Sequence record: MH460460.1
Reading direction: 5' to 3' (one strand)
DNA: 64,000 nucleotides
The position numbers were made by a program, and so were the translations under genes. Below are positions 28,572 to 36,782 of the stretch, in pieces; position 1 is the first letter of the stretch, and each line of letters opens with the position of its first letter. The notes beneath the pieces were generated by a model. The model searched no databases. It saw only the letters and a program-made list of their open reading frames with translations, and was not told the origin of the DNA.

Positions 28572-28716
28572 ATTGCTTCCGCATCAAAAAGAAGCTATGA
28601 AACTTATGCGTAGTTCCTCAACGCTGTATATTGAACTGAACAGAGGAACTACATGTACGAGCCTTTCTATTCGTAATAAGGAACAGAAAAATGTCAATGC
28701 GAAAGATCGTAATTGA
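28558..28716 (+). CDS. Small ORF resembling the N-terminus of an SF2 helicase (Q-motif) (not in ORF track)
   Basis: TTG start; KQIELLPHQKEAMKLM; 52 aa. Confidence 0.4.
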   Translation: MKQIELLPHQKEAMKLMRSSSTLYIELNRGTTCTSLSIRNKEQKNVNAKDRN

Positions 28717-29056
28717 AAGCGGCCTCGATTTTGGGGATGCGTGGTCGAAGTTGCTGACTAACATTCACAACGATTCGAAAACCTTACTGGTTATTGATCG
28801 TGAAGGCTGGAACGGTGCTGATCAGTACGTGCGTATTATTTCTCCGCAGGCACCACATCCGGACGATTCGCCCGACGCGTTCCCGCAGAATCCGTATTTC
28901 ACTATGCGCGATAACAACGCTAAGGCTGACGGAACTTTTTCGCCGTTCGCTGTACTGAAAACCACGCAGAACAAAGTTTTTCCGTGGACTCCTTCGCAGG
29001 GCGATCTGTTCGGCAAAGACTGGCGCATTTCTTCGGTGAAAGTAGATGCAGAATAA
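28691..29056 (+). CDS. DUF2829 / Tad2-like (Thoeris anti-defence 2) signal-sponge homolog
   Basis: LDFGDAWSKL...DREGWNGADQYV...FPWTPSQGDLFGKDWRI matches the DUF2829 FgeA...R.gWng...pW.pSq.D.la.DW pattern. Confidence 0.8.
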   Translation: MSMRKIVIESGLDFGDAWSKLLTNIHNDSKTLLVIDREGWNGADQYVRIISPQAPHPDDSPDAFPQNPYFTMRDNNAKADGTFSPFAVLKTTQNKVFPWTPSQGDLFGKDWRISSVKVDAE

Positions 29057-29405
29057 AAATCCTGTAATGCTCGCCGTTAAGATGCAGTTTATTGAGCAAC
29101 TCGCTAACGGCTTCGAAAACACTGCAATCTTTCGTCTCGCCTGCACAATCAATCAGGATAAGAAATTCAATCCGGATGAGGTGTTTGAGAAGGCGAAGAA
29201 TCGCATGTTCCCGGAAGGCATAGAAAAAGCGATTGTATCTGGCTACGATTATATGGTGCTGAAAGCGTATGTGGACGGCAACGAAATTCTGATCAAGCCG
29301 GGTACGATTATTTTTGTTCGTGAGGATTCGCATGTTGGCGTAATCACTACGAGCGACGGCGTTCCGGATGTTTCGATCCGCGATGGAGAATTGATTGTCA
29401 ACTAA
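29046..29405 (+). CDS. Hypothetical protein
   Basis: 119 aa. Confidence 0.6.
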   Translation: MQNKNPVMLAVKMQFIEQLANGFENTAIFRLACTINQDKKFNPDEVFEKAKNRMFPEGIEKAIVSGYDYMVLKAYVDGNEILIKPGTIIFVREDSHVGVITTSDGVPDVSIRDGELIVN

Positions 29406-29883
29406 GGGGAAGTTCGTGACAGCGATACGTGGGTTCGTAACGCGACTTCTCTGCACGCACGATTGGAAACGTTTTCGAACTATTCACGGAGACGAAGCTA
29501 ATTATGCGCGTAGCGAATGGCGTTGCACGAAATGTAACAAACATCGCTACAGTATTTTCATCAACGAAATGGAACAAGATGTTCCCAAAGAGCCGTTGCT
29601 AAAACGCATTGCGCATTCGATCCGCTACACCATCGGAAGCATTGCGTTTCATTGCCTCAACAAAGAAGACCGTGATGCAATTTATCGCGATTATCGAATG
29701 GGGCATGAGTTGCGCACGGTTGAAACGTGGATGTGCGAATTTCCGCAGGCGGTAGAAACAGCACGTTATCTACGTGTCCATAGTTACGGATACAAAGATG
29801 ATTTGCCTTTCGACCATCCGGATCGCCATGCTGCGCGGGATATCTCCTGTTGGCGAGAAGACTTTAGGCGTCGATTTAAATAA
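29395..29883 (+). CDS. Hypothetical protein with an N-terminal C-x-H...CxxC (DUF1660-like) module
   Basis: LLCTHDWK...WRCTKCNK. Confidence 0.55.
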   Translation: MSTKGKFVTAIRGFVTRLLCTHDWKRFRTIHGDEANYARSEWRCTKCNKHRYSIFINEMEQDVPKEPLLKRIAHSIRYTIGSIAFHCLNKEDRDAIYRDYRMGHELRTVETWMCEFPQAVETARYLRVHSYGYKDDLPFDHPDRHAARDISCWREDFRRRFK

Positions 29884-29884
29884 A

Positions 29885-29925
29885 CTGTAAATAAAGGCTA
29901 TCAGCATATTGTTGGTAGCCTTTTT
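29885..29925 (+). promoter_or_regulatory. CTGTAAATA box plus terminator hairpin (site D)
   Basis: CTGTAAAT-AAAGGCTATCAGCA-TAT-TGTTGGTAGCCTTT-TT, intergenic. Confidence 0.6.
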
Positions 29926-29943
29926 CATTTTCTGGAGCGTAAC

Positions 29944-30537
29944 ATGGAACTTAATGAGATTGATCGTTGGCAAGAATGTCTGCATGAGTTTGGCGGCATT
30001 CCGGTAGGCACAAGTGTTGATAGTATCCCTATTGATGTTCTGAATAATATCCGTCACTATCTGGAGCCGAAAGGTTCTCGCGTTTTTCTTTTGCCTTACT
30101 ACGGTCTGGAAGTTGCGGTAGATGTGCAAAACAATATTGATTTGAACATGGAGACGATCCCAAATCGTTTCATTACCGAAAGCGCACGCGAAAAATTAAG
30201 TGCTGATCCGGATGAGCACGGCACGCCAGATATTCACTATATAGGTGCGAAAGAAGTTATTCAGGAAATGCTTCTGCAAATTCGTGCGCATTACGATGCT
30301 GTTCAGATGCACCGCTTTGATGATTTCCTTATTTACTCTGAAACTGAATTTGGTATGTGGGAATTGTGGTTCCACAAAAGCGGCGATTGCAGCGTAGCAC
30401 ATGCGCCTAAATATATGGACTTCAACGCGTGGGTAGAAGAACGTTCGCAAACGTATATCGGCGTTAGCTGTCTGAATGTTCCAAACACCCTCTATGAAAT
30501 CGAAGGGCAGGATCTTCTGCGTAAATTTGTGTGGTAA
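29944..30537 (+). CDS. Hypothetical protein
   Basis: 197 aa, GGAG SD. Confidence 0.65.
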   Translation: MELNEIDRWQECLHEFGGIPVGTSVDSIPIDVLNNIRHYLEPKGSRVFLLPYYGLEVAVDVQNNIDLNMETIPNRFITESAREKLSADPDEHGTPDIHYIGAKEVIQEMLLQIRAHYDAVQMHRFDDFLIYSETEFGMWELWFHKSGDCSVAHAPKYMDFNAWVEERSQTYIGVSCLNVPNTLYEIEGQDLLRKFVW

Positions 30538-30539
30538 TC

Positions 30540-30752
30540 ATGATTCGTTTTATTATCTTTCTGATCTATTGTGTGCCAGCCTATTTCTTTTCCTTTGGTC
30601 TGGGCCAGATTGTAATGGACATTACCTCTAACGTGTTCAAAGCAACTGGTGCGCTGGCAATTTGTTTCGCTTTTCTGATGATTGTGTTTTGGGCTATCGC
30701 TTGCCATTTACGCCGCAGAAAAGTTTATTATCTGAATACGGTGCGCGAATGA
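30540..30752 (+). CDS. Small two-TM membrane protein
   Basis: Two hydrophobic helices and a basic C-terminus. Confidence 0.65.
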   Translation: MIRFIIFLIYCVPAYFFSFGLGQIVMDITSNVFKATGALAICFAFLMIVFWAIACHLRRRKVYYLNTVRE

Positions 30753-31018
30753 AAAAACTTCTGCTGTTAGTTCTTCTGTTGGCTGGCTGCAACGATCCAA
30801 AGGATACTAATTACACCAGTGAAATGTTAGTTGAACATAATTGCGAGCCTACAGGTTCTTATTTCTACCGTGAAGAAACAACGCAATTCAACGGGCAAAT
30901 CACAAGTAAGAAAAAAGTTAAGTATTATATCTACACCTGCGAAGGTGGAAAGAAAATATCTGAGACTTTGATTATCGATCCTAACAAACAGATGCCTGAA
31001 ATTGGAGAGGCACCATAG
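30749..31018 (+). CDS. Small lipoprotein
   Basis: MKKLLLLVLLLAG-C lipobox; two further Cys. Confidence 0.8.
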   Translation: MKKLLLLVLLLAGCNDPKDTNYTSEMLVEHNCEPTGSYFYREETTQFNGQITSKKKVKYYIYTCEGGKKISETLIIDPNKQMPEIGEAP

Positions 31019-31026
31019 GAATTTTT

Positions 31027-31488
31027 ATGAACGAAATTCGTATTGATCGTCCGATAGTTCTCGATTTAAATCCACCTCGCAGAATCACTGTGCGCAATTG
31101 CTATCAGGCTTTGCAGCAACTCACTATCATCTATAATGCCGAAGTTGGCTATGATGATCCGGTTGATATTGCGAATGATCGTGCTTACGCATATCACACG
31201 GCTTTGGTTCCGGATAAAGATATGCGCGAATGGTGTGCGTTAATGCGTCAGTGGAGCGTTATCGATCCAGACACAAAGCAACGTGTATGGGTAATGTATT
31301 TCGATATACCTACCAACGTTACTTTTCAAACGTGCGCAGATCTTTGGAATCAGTATGTCAAACGCGCAACTGAATCCATCCCTTCCGTGCGCATGGAAGA
31401 AATGTGTAAAGTCTTTCTTGAAGAGACAGATTTCATGGAAAGCTATAAGGGGGAGAAACTCGATGTTGAAGAAAATAAAATTTGCTGA
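31027..31488 (+). CDS. Hypothetical protein
   Basis: 153 aa. Confidence 0.6.
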   Translation: MNEIRIDRPIVLDLNPPRRITVRNCYQALQQLTIIYNAEVGYDDPVDIANDRAYAYHTALVPDKDMREWCALMRQWSVIDPDTKQRVWVMYFDIPTNVTFQTCADLWNQYVKRATESIPSVRMEEMCKVFLEETDFMESYKGEKLDVEENKIC

Positions 31489-32302
31489 ATCTCTGCGCTA
31501 CTTTAAAGAAGAACGAGAAGAACAGCGTGCGGAAAAATTGGTTGGCCGTGAATTCAATTTTGAAAGCGGTCGCATTAACGTTCTGGTTGGCGAGAACGGT
31601 AGCGGTAAAAGTTCTTTACTGGAGTCTCTGGCTAAGAAAATTTTGGCGTACAATTACGGGCATACGCGCCTCGATGATCGCCTCATTCGTTTTAATGATG
31701 AATACTGGTCGAAAGAAAATCCGGATCGTTGGTACAGCGACGAACTCTATATGCCAGATGTTTCTCTTGAAACTGATTCTCCAATTTACGGCATGTACAT
31801 GTCGCCTGATTGGAAGCCGTGCGATGCTCTTAATTGGGCGCACGCTCTTTGCTACGGTTTAGGCAAAGAGGCAACGGATCATTTCAAACGCACGGAGAAT
31901 TTTTCTTCCGGTCAGGGTATGAGTAACGTGATTACGCATATCGCAATGGCGTTAAAAGAACGCAGCCCGGAAGTAAGTCTGGAGGAAGTGAAATATCACA
32001 TTCGCCCACAAGATGATAACCATCTTGCGAAGCGTGCGAAGTTTTTACAAAAGCTATTACCTCCTGCTGGAAGTAATATTGTTGCTATGTTTGATGAACC
32101 TGAACGCACTTTAGATTTAGGTTCGCAGCTTGTTTTCTGGCAACTGATGAATGACATTTCGAAGCGTGAGCACGTACAAATCATCGTTGCGTCTCATAGC
32201 TGCATTCCGTTAATGTCTCCGGATAAATTCAATTTCATTGAAATGACGGACGGCTACAAAAACAAACTGCTGAATATTACGGCAGACCTATCTTTCAAAT
32301 AG
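31463..32302 (+). CDS. ABC-superfamily (AAA_21-type) ATPase
   Basis: VLVGENGSGKS (Walker A), SSGQG (signature), MFDEPE (Walker B/D-loop), IIVASHS (H-loop); start ATG 31463. Confidence 0.85.
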   Translation: MLKKIKFAESLRYFKEEREEQRAEKLVGREFNFESGRINVLVGENGSGKSSLLESLAKKILAYNYGHTRLDDRLIRFNDEYWSKENPDRWYSDELYMPDVSLETDSPIYGMYMSPDWKPCDALNWAHALCYGLGKEATDHFKRTENFSSGQGMSNVITHIAMALKERSPEVSLEEVKYHIRPQDDNHLAKRAKFLQKLLPPAGSNIVAMFDEPERTLDLGSQLVFWQLMNDISKREHVQIIVASHSCIPLMSPDKFNFIEMTDGYKNKLLNITADLSFK

Positions 32303-32310
32303 GGATTCTT

Positions 32311-32565
32311 ATGAGCAAGGTAGAATACGCTCCGGAAATAAATAACGGTGTTGCTGAAATCGTTAAGTACCGCGTGCGGCGAATCAATGATTGGGTATCG
32401 CATAGAATACCTGTATCCCGCCGCAAAGTTATTCGCGGAAACACTTATCAGAATATTCGCCGCTGGAGTTTCGAAGACTCTGGAGAAAACATTCCGGTTG
32501 AACTTGCAGTAAAACTTAACGCGCTCGATATCAAAGAGCGCTTTAAACAGGCAGGAATGAAATGA
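32311..32565 (+). CDS. Hypothetical protein
   Basis: 84 aa. Confidence 0.55.
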   Translation: MSKVEYAPEINNGVAEIVKYRVRRINDWVSHRIPVSRRKVIRGNTYQNIRRWSFEDSGENIPVELAVKLNALDIKERFKQAGMK

Positions 32566-32963
32566 AAGCGCTGAGTGTTAAACAACCGTGGGCGTGGCTA
32601 CTGGCAAATGGATTCAAAGATATTGAAAACCGTAGCTGGCACACAAAGATACGCGGTAATGTTTTGATCCACGCATCGAAGGGAATGACTCGCAAAGAGT
32701 ATGCAGAGGCAAAAGAACTCTGCGATAAACTCGGCGTAAGGCTTCCGCAATTCGAGGATCTTGATCGCGGCTGTATCGTAGGCATGATGGAAATTTTCGA
32801 TTCAGTTGATGCCAGCGATTCACCGTGGTATTTCGGGCAAGTAGGTTTCTGCGTGCGTAAAGCGCGACCATGTAATCCAATTCCGATGAAAGGTAAGTTG
32901 AGTTTCTTCGAGACTGGTATTGAAGCGGAGGATCTGAAATGGATACGCAGGAAAACGAAATAA
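32562..32963 (+). CDS. ASCH-domain protein
   Basis: MKALSVKQPWAWLLANGFKDIENRSW...RGNVLIHAS...GCIVG...PMKGKLSFF. Confidence 0.9.
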   Translation: MKALSVKQPWAWLLANGFKDIENRSWHTKIRGNVLIHASKGMTRKEYAEAKELCDKLGVRLPQFEDLDRGCIVGMMEIFDSVDASDSPWYFGQVGFCVRKARPCNPIPMKGKLSFFETGIEAEDLKWIRRKTK

Positions 32964-32965
32964 AA

Positions 32966-33697
32966 ATGTCGGAAGGAATGATTACAGGAATCGAATTAAA
33001 AGCAAGTCGTTGTCCTCCCGGATTATGGGAAGCGGTTGTGCGCGAACAGCAACGCCTTTCTCGGTTGCTGGATATGCTCTCGCCGTACCGTACTGTATAT
33101 CGCACGCTTCCCGGAAGCTGGCATTTTCCTAGTACGGAACAGTCGTTAGGTCGATTAAATCGCGGCATGTCTCCGTTTGTTCCTCTTCCGGACTATGAAC
33201 CTTTCTTTGAACTTGAACGATTCGAAGAAACCATTCAACGCAATCTGATTCAATCAATGGGAATCAATCCTGATATTCTGAAAGAACATTGCGTGCATCG
33301 TTCAAAGATCAAAGTAGGAGACGATAATCGCATGTACTCCATTGCACGCCGTCCGGGGAAAGCAACTATGATGCACCGTTCTGATCCGCGCACCATTACC
33401 GCAAGCCTCCTTTATTCAGGACTCGATCCGGATAAGATTTTGATAATCGATCCAAAGTTCGCACCTGTTCCGAATTGGGAAAAGGAACTTGAAGATTTTC
33501 CGCGTACATGGGAAGGAACTTTCACGGTAGAAAACAAAGACGATTTGAAAAACTTTATGGAAGGTTTAGCGCCAAAGCCTATTCCACACTATGCGCCAAA
33601 GCCGGAAGTGAATCTTTCGCCGCGTGCAAAACGCAAATCGTTAATTCAGGCAACACGTAAGAGATTCAAAAAGGCTAGAAAAAATGGACGCAAATAA
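32966..33697 (+). CDS. Hypothetical protein with basic C-terminal tail
   Basis: Start ATG 32966. Confidence 0.6.
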   Translation: MSEGMITGIELKASRCPPGLWEAVVREQQRLSRLLDMLSPYRTVYRTLPGSWHFPSTEQSLGRLNRGMSPFVPLPDYEPFFELERFEETIQRNLIQSMGINPDILKEHCVHRSKIKVGDDNRMYSIARRPGKATMMHRSDPRTITASLLYSGLDPDKILIIDPKFAPVPNWEKELEDFPRTWEGTFTVENKDDLKNFMEGLAPKPIPHYAPKPEVNLSPRAKRKSLIQATRKRFKKARKNGRK

Positions 33698-34214
33698 TCT
33701 GATTGCTTTTCTTGTGTTGTGGATTACGTTTGGCGCGATTTTCGCTTTTATGGATTTCGTGGAAGCGCTCTATAAAAAGCTGCGTAAGAGAAGTCAATTG
33801 AGTTGGGTACAAACGTTTGTGTATCCTGCTCTGATTCTTATTCTCTGGCCTGTAGTGATAGTTACGTTAATTTTACAGGTGTGTTTTCCCAAAACGTTTT
33901 CGCGCTTGCGCCGCTGGCTGGATTTTAAAACGCGCTTCTATCCGGTTCCTCTGTATAAAAGCGCAGAGTTTGATCCTCGCCTATTGAAATCTAAGTTGTG
34001 CGAAGTATCAGTTATCGAATGGCAGAAGCCGGGATATCTATACGAAACAACTCTGGATCTTTACGTGTATGAAAACGTAAACACTGGATTGCTTCGAATT
34101 GCGATTAACTACTCTGAGTCAAGCGGCAAATATAAGTACGTGTCGCACTGGCAGACGTGGGTAGGGAAACACAATCTCTTTAACTCTCGACAAATTGAGG
34201 AACAAAATGCGTAA
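33684..34214 (+). CDS. Membrane protein (two N-terminal TMs)
   Basis: LIAFLVLWITFGAIFAFM and YPALILILWPVVIVTLIL. Confidence 0.65.
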   Translation: MDANNLIAFLVLWITFGAIFAFMDFVEALYKKLRKRSQLSWVQTFVYPALILILWPVVIVTLILQVCFPKTFSRLRRWLDFKTRFYPVPLYKSAEFDPRLLKSKLCEVSVIEWQKPGYLYETTLDLYVYENVNTGLLRIAINYSESSGKYKYVSHWQTWVGKHNLFNSRQIEEQNA

Positions 34215-34524
34215 ACTCTCGCTGGAAGAACTGCTCGACATTCGCAAAAAGCTGATCAAACTCGTTGATGATCGCCGCACAAAATTGTACGAGAAGGGGA
34301 AAGAAGATCCTAACCAAATGAATTGGTCGATCCGCAAAGTTCCTACTGCTATCAGCGATGCCTATGAAGATATTGGATTCCTGCGCGATCATATTTCGCG
34401 TCTGGATTACTTTATTGATATGCGCGAAGCCGACGAAGCAAAAGAACTTTCGGAAGAACGTTCGAAAGAGTTGCTGGACTCGCTGCCTGCGGAACTTCGC
34501 GAGGAAGCCGATGATACCGAGTAA
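34207..34524 (+). CDS. Hypothetical coiled-coil protein
   Basis: GAGG SD before ATG 34207. Confidence 0.6.
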   Translation: MRKLSLEELLDIRKKLIKLVDDRRTKLYEKGKEDPNQMNWSIRKVPTAISDAYEDIGFLRDHISRLDYFIDMREADEAKELSEERSKELLDSLPAELREEADDTE

Positions 34525-34834
34525 AGGAATTGATCGTGCGCCGTTGCCTGCAAAAATCGAAGAACTGATTTATGGTGACGTGGATAATGCGCTTCGCCGT
34601 TTATCCAGTTTACTTGTGCGCGTTGCTGAGAAAGAAAAGCTGCCTAGCATGACAGGATTTATCTATTCTCGCGATACGCTGAAAGGTACGCCTGCACATT
34701 TGATCACGTCTAATTTCTCTGGCGATAATCGTCAAGTTTTGTTGGACAAAGATGCAGGCATGTCGAAACTTCATTTCACGATTACTGCGAACGTTGACGG
34801 AACTATTTCATCGCATGTTGATCACTGGATTTAG
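34511..34834 (+). CDS. Hypothetical protein
   Basis: GAGG SD before ATG 34511. Confidence 0.55.
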   Translation: MIPSKGIDRAPLPAKIEELIYGDVDNALRRLSSLLVRVAEKEKLPSMTGFIYSRDTLKGTPAHLITSNFSGDNRQVLLDKDAGMSKLHFTITANVDGTISSHVDHWI

Positions 34835-35210
34835 ACGAACCGAAGTTGTGAGCATGAGGAACGGCAATAACAACTTCGATATTCGAATAGATCGCCAAAG
34901 TAAGTGGGGGAATCGTCACTACATGAACGATGATTCTCCTACTGAAAGGGATCGAGTTTGCGACGAACATGAAAAGGAATTGTGGAAAAAGATTCACGCC
35001 GGGGATATTTCTCTGAGTGAATTAGAAGAACTCTACGGAAAAAGATTAGGCTGTTGGTGTAAACCTAAACGCTGTCACGGTGATGCGTTAGCTGAGGCTG
35101 CGGAATGGGCGCACCGATTAATGGTTATCCTGAGACGACTTAGAAGGAAAAAACGTGAAAGAAGAAAACAAACTCGCAAACGCTCTGCCAGAAATCAGCG
35201 AAGAAACTGA
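34815..35210 (+). CDS. DUF4326-family protein
   Basis: DIRIDRQSKWGN...ELYGKRLGCWCKPKRCHGDALAE. Confidence 0.85.
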   Translation: MLITGFRRTEVVSMRNGNNNFDIRIDRQSKWGNRHYMNDDSPTERDRVCDEHEKELWKKIHAGDISLSELEELYGKRLGCWCKPKRCHGDALAEAAEWAHRLMVILRRLRRKKRERRKQTRKRSARNQRRN

Positions 35211-36198
35211 TTACCCGCAAGCTATGTATTCGCATGTCATGCAGCCATTTTCGGATCGTGCGTTGCTTGGTGGCAAACAGTCCTTGAAAGATATTGCGAA
35301 GAAAGAATTCGAAAACTATCTGATCAAGAAAGGCGGCAAAGTTCCTCGCTCTGGCGTACCGTTCAAAGAATTTTTATCGTGGCTGCCTGTCCGTAAAGAC
35401 AACGAAGATTTCTTTACTATCGTTCACACGATGTTCTTCTGGAGTTTCAACCGACTCAAGCTGAACATCCCAGATGAAATCACGAAGCATGTGCTGGAAT
35501 CCGAAGCGCCAGAATTAATCCCTGCGATCATTTTGCGCCGTCTGCCTCAATGGAGTCAGTGGATTGGTTTCAATCTGAGTTTCAAAGATGATCTTGGAGT
35601 TGAAAACGCAACGGAAGTTTCTCACGGCGCATTCGTTTCATTCCAGAAAAATGAAGGCCGCGAATATCTGCATGTAGCTCTGCAAATCTCTGATACGGAT
35701 GAAGCGAAGATCACTAAAGAGAATTACATGTGGATTGATTTTAAAATCGATCTGATGCAAGACCGTCCTATTGATGCAACGGAGTTTGTTCAAACCAAAT
35801 CAAATATCCTCTCTCACCTTCCTAATGCCAGTGAAGTAATCCACCGCGCCAAAACTCACCTGATTAAAACTATTCTGTTCGTTGCTTCTATGGAACCTGC
35901 GGAACATTTGCAATCAGAGAACGCGGCTCCTGCGCCGGAACGCAAAGGCAAAACTTATAAGTTTAGGCCGCGTTTCTTCCCACGCGAAGTCACGGTTGGC
36001 GAAGAGTATCTTTCTACTATTCGTGAGTTTGACGAAACTGTAAAAAGAAATGGAGGCGAAAGAAAGGCGCATATTCGTTGTGCGCATTGGCATCGCTACT
36101 GGACAGGCAAGAAGGACAATCCGAAACTTATTCTGAAATGGGTTGCGCCTTGTATTGTTTCAGGAACTTCGAAAGAATCTACAGGAAGCAAAGAATGA
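35155..36198 (+). CDS. AcrVA2-like protein
   Basis: Collinear motifs with AcrVA2 as I recall it: IPDEI...LRRLPQWSQWI (AcrVA2 LDEEI...LNLPDWCVYV), ILFVASMEP (LLWLCVAEP), VTVGEEY (YQIGERL), KAHIRCAHWHRYWTG...LKWVAPCIV (RPHIRRGHWHGYWQG...VRWQPAVFV). Confidence 0.7.
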   Translation: MKEENKLANALPEISEETDYPQAMYSHVMQPFSDRALLGGKQSLKDIAKKEFENYLIKKGGKVPRSGVPFKEFLSWLPVRKDNEDFFTIVHTMFFWSFNRLKLNIPDEITKHVLESEAPELIPAIILRRLPQWSQWIGFNLSFKDDLGVENATEVSHGAFVSFQKNEGREYLHVALQISDTDEAKITKENYMWIDFKIDLMQDRPIDATEFVQTKSNILSHLPNASEVIHRAKTHLIKTILFVASMEPAEHLQSENAAPAPERKGKTYKFRPRFFPREVTVGEEYLSTIREFDETVKRNGGERKAHIRCAHWHRYWTGKKDNPKLILKWVAPCIVSGTSKESTGSKE

Positions 36199-36779
36199 AT
36201 CTGAATCCGGAAGAAAGTCGTCTGTATAGTGAAGCTGTTATTTTAGCGTGTCGCGCACATCACGGACAGTTTCGCAAATATACTGGCGAACCGTATGTGC
36301 TGCATCCAATCGAAGTAGCAGAAATTCTTCGCCGCCATGACAGAGGCATTAAAGTTATTTGCGGCGGTGTGTTGCATGATGTTGTTGAAGACACCGAAAT
36401 CACAAGCGCTGTTATTCAAACAATGTTCGGTGAAGAAATCGCAAACATTGTTGAAGGCGTTACCAATGTTTCGGAAGATAAAAGTCTTCCTCGTTATGTT
36501 CGCTTCTGGCGTAACGTCAAACATCTTGCGCACGCGAGCGAGCAAAGTCAGGATGTTAAATGCGCCGACATTATCAGCAACTGCCGCAACTTTCGTTTAG
36601 GTAATGAGAGTTTCACCGCGCAGTATATGGCAGAGAAAAGTATTGTTATCGAACATCTTTACGAAGCCGATTCCTGTCTGATTATGGAAGCAAAGGATGC
36701 AATTGAAAAGAATCTGTTTGGCATTCAGACAGAATTTCAATCGTGTGTTTCTAAACTCTGGAAAAATAAAACGGAGTAG
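36195..36779 (+). CDS. HD-domain (p)ppGpp hydrolase-like protein (small alarmone hydrolase, SpoT/Mesh1 type)
   Basis: AHHGQFRKYTGEPYVLHPIEVA, LHDVVEDT, FGEEIANIVEGVT, VKCADIISN; ATG 36195 overlaps the previous TGA. Confidence 0.85.
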   Translation: MNLNPEESRLYSEAVILACRAHHGQFRKYTGEPYVLHPIEVAEILRRHDRGIKVICGGVLHDVVEDTEITSAVIQTMFGEEIANIVEGVTNVSEDKSLPRYVRFWRNVKHLAHASEQSQDVKCADIISNCRNFRLGNESFTAQYMAEKSIVIEHLYEADSCLIMEAKDAIEKNLFGIQTEFQSCVSKLWKNKTE

Positions 36780-36782
36780 CGT

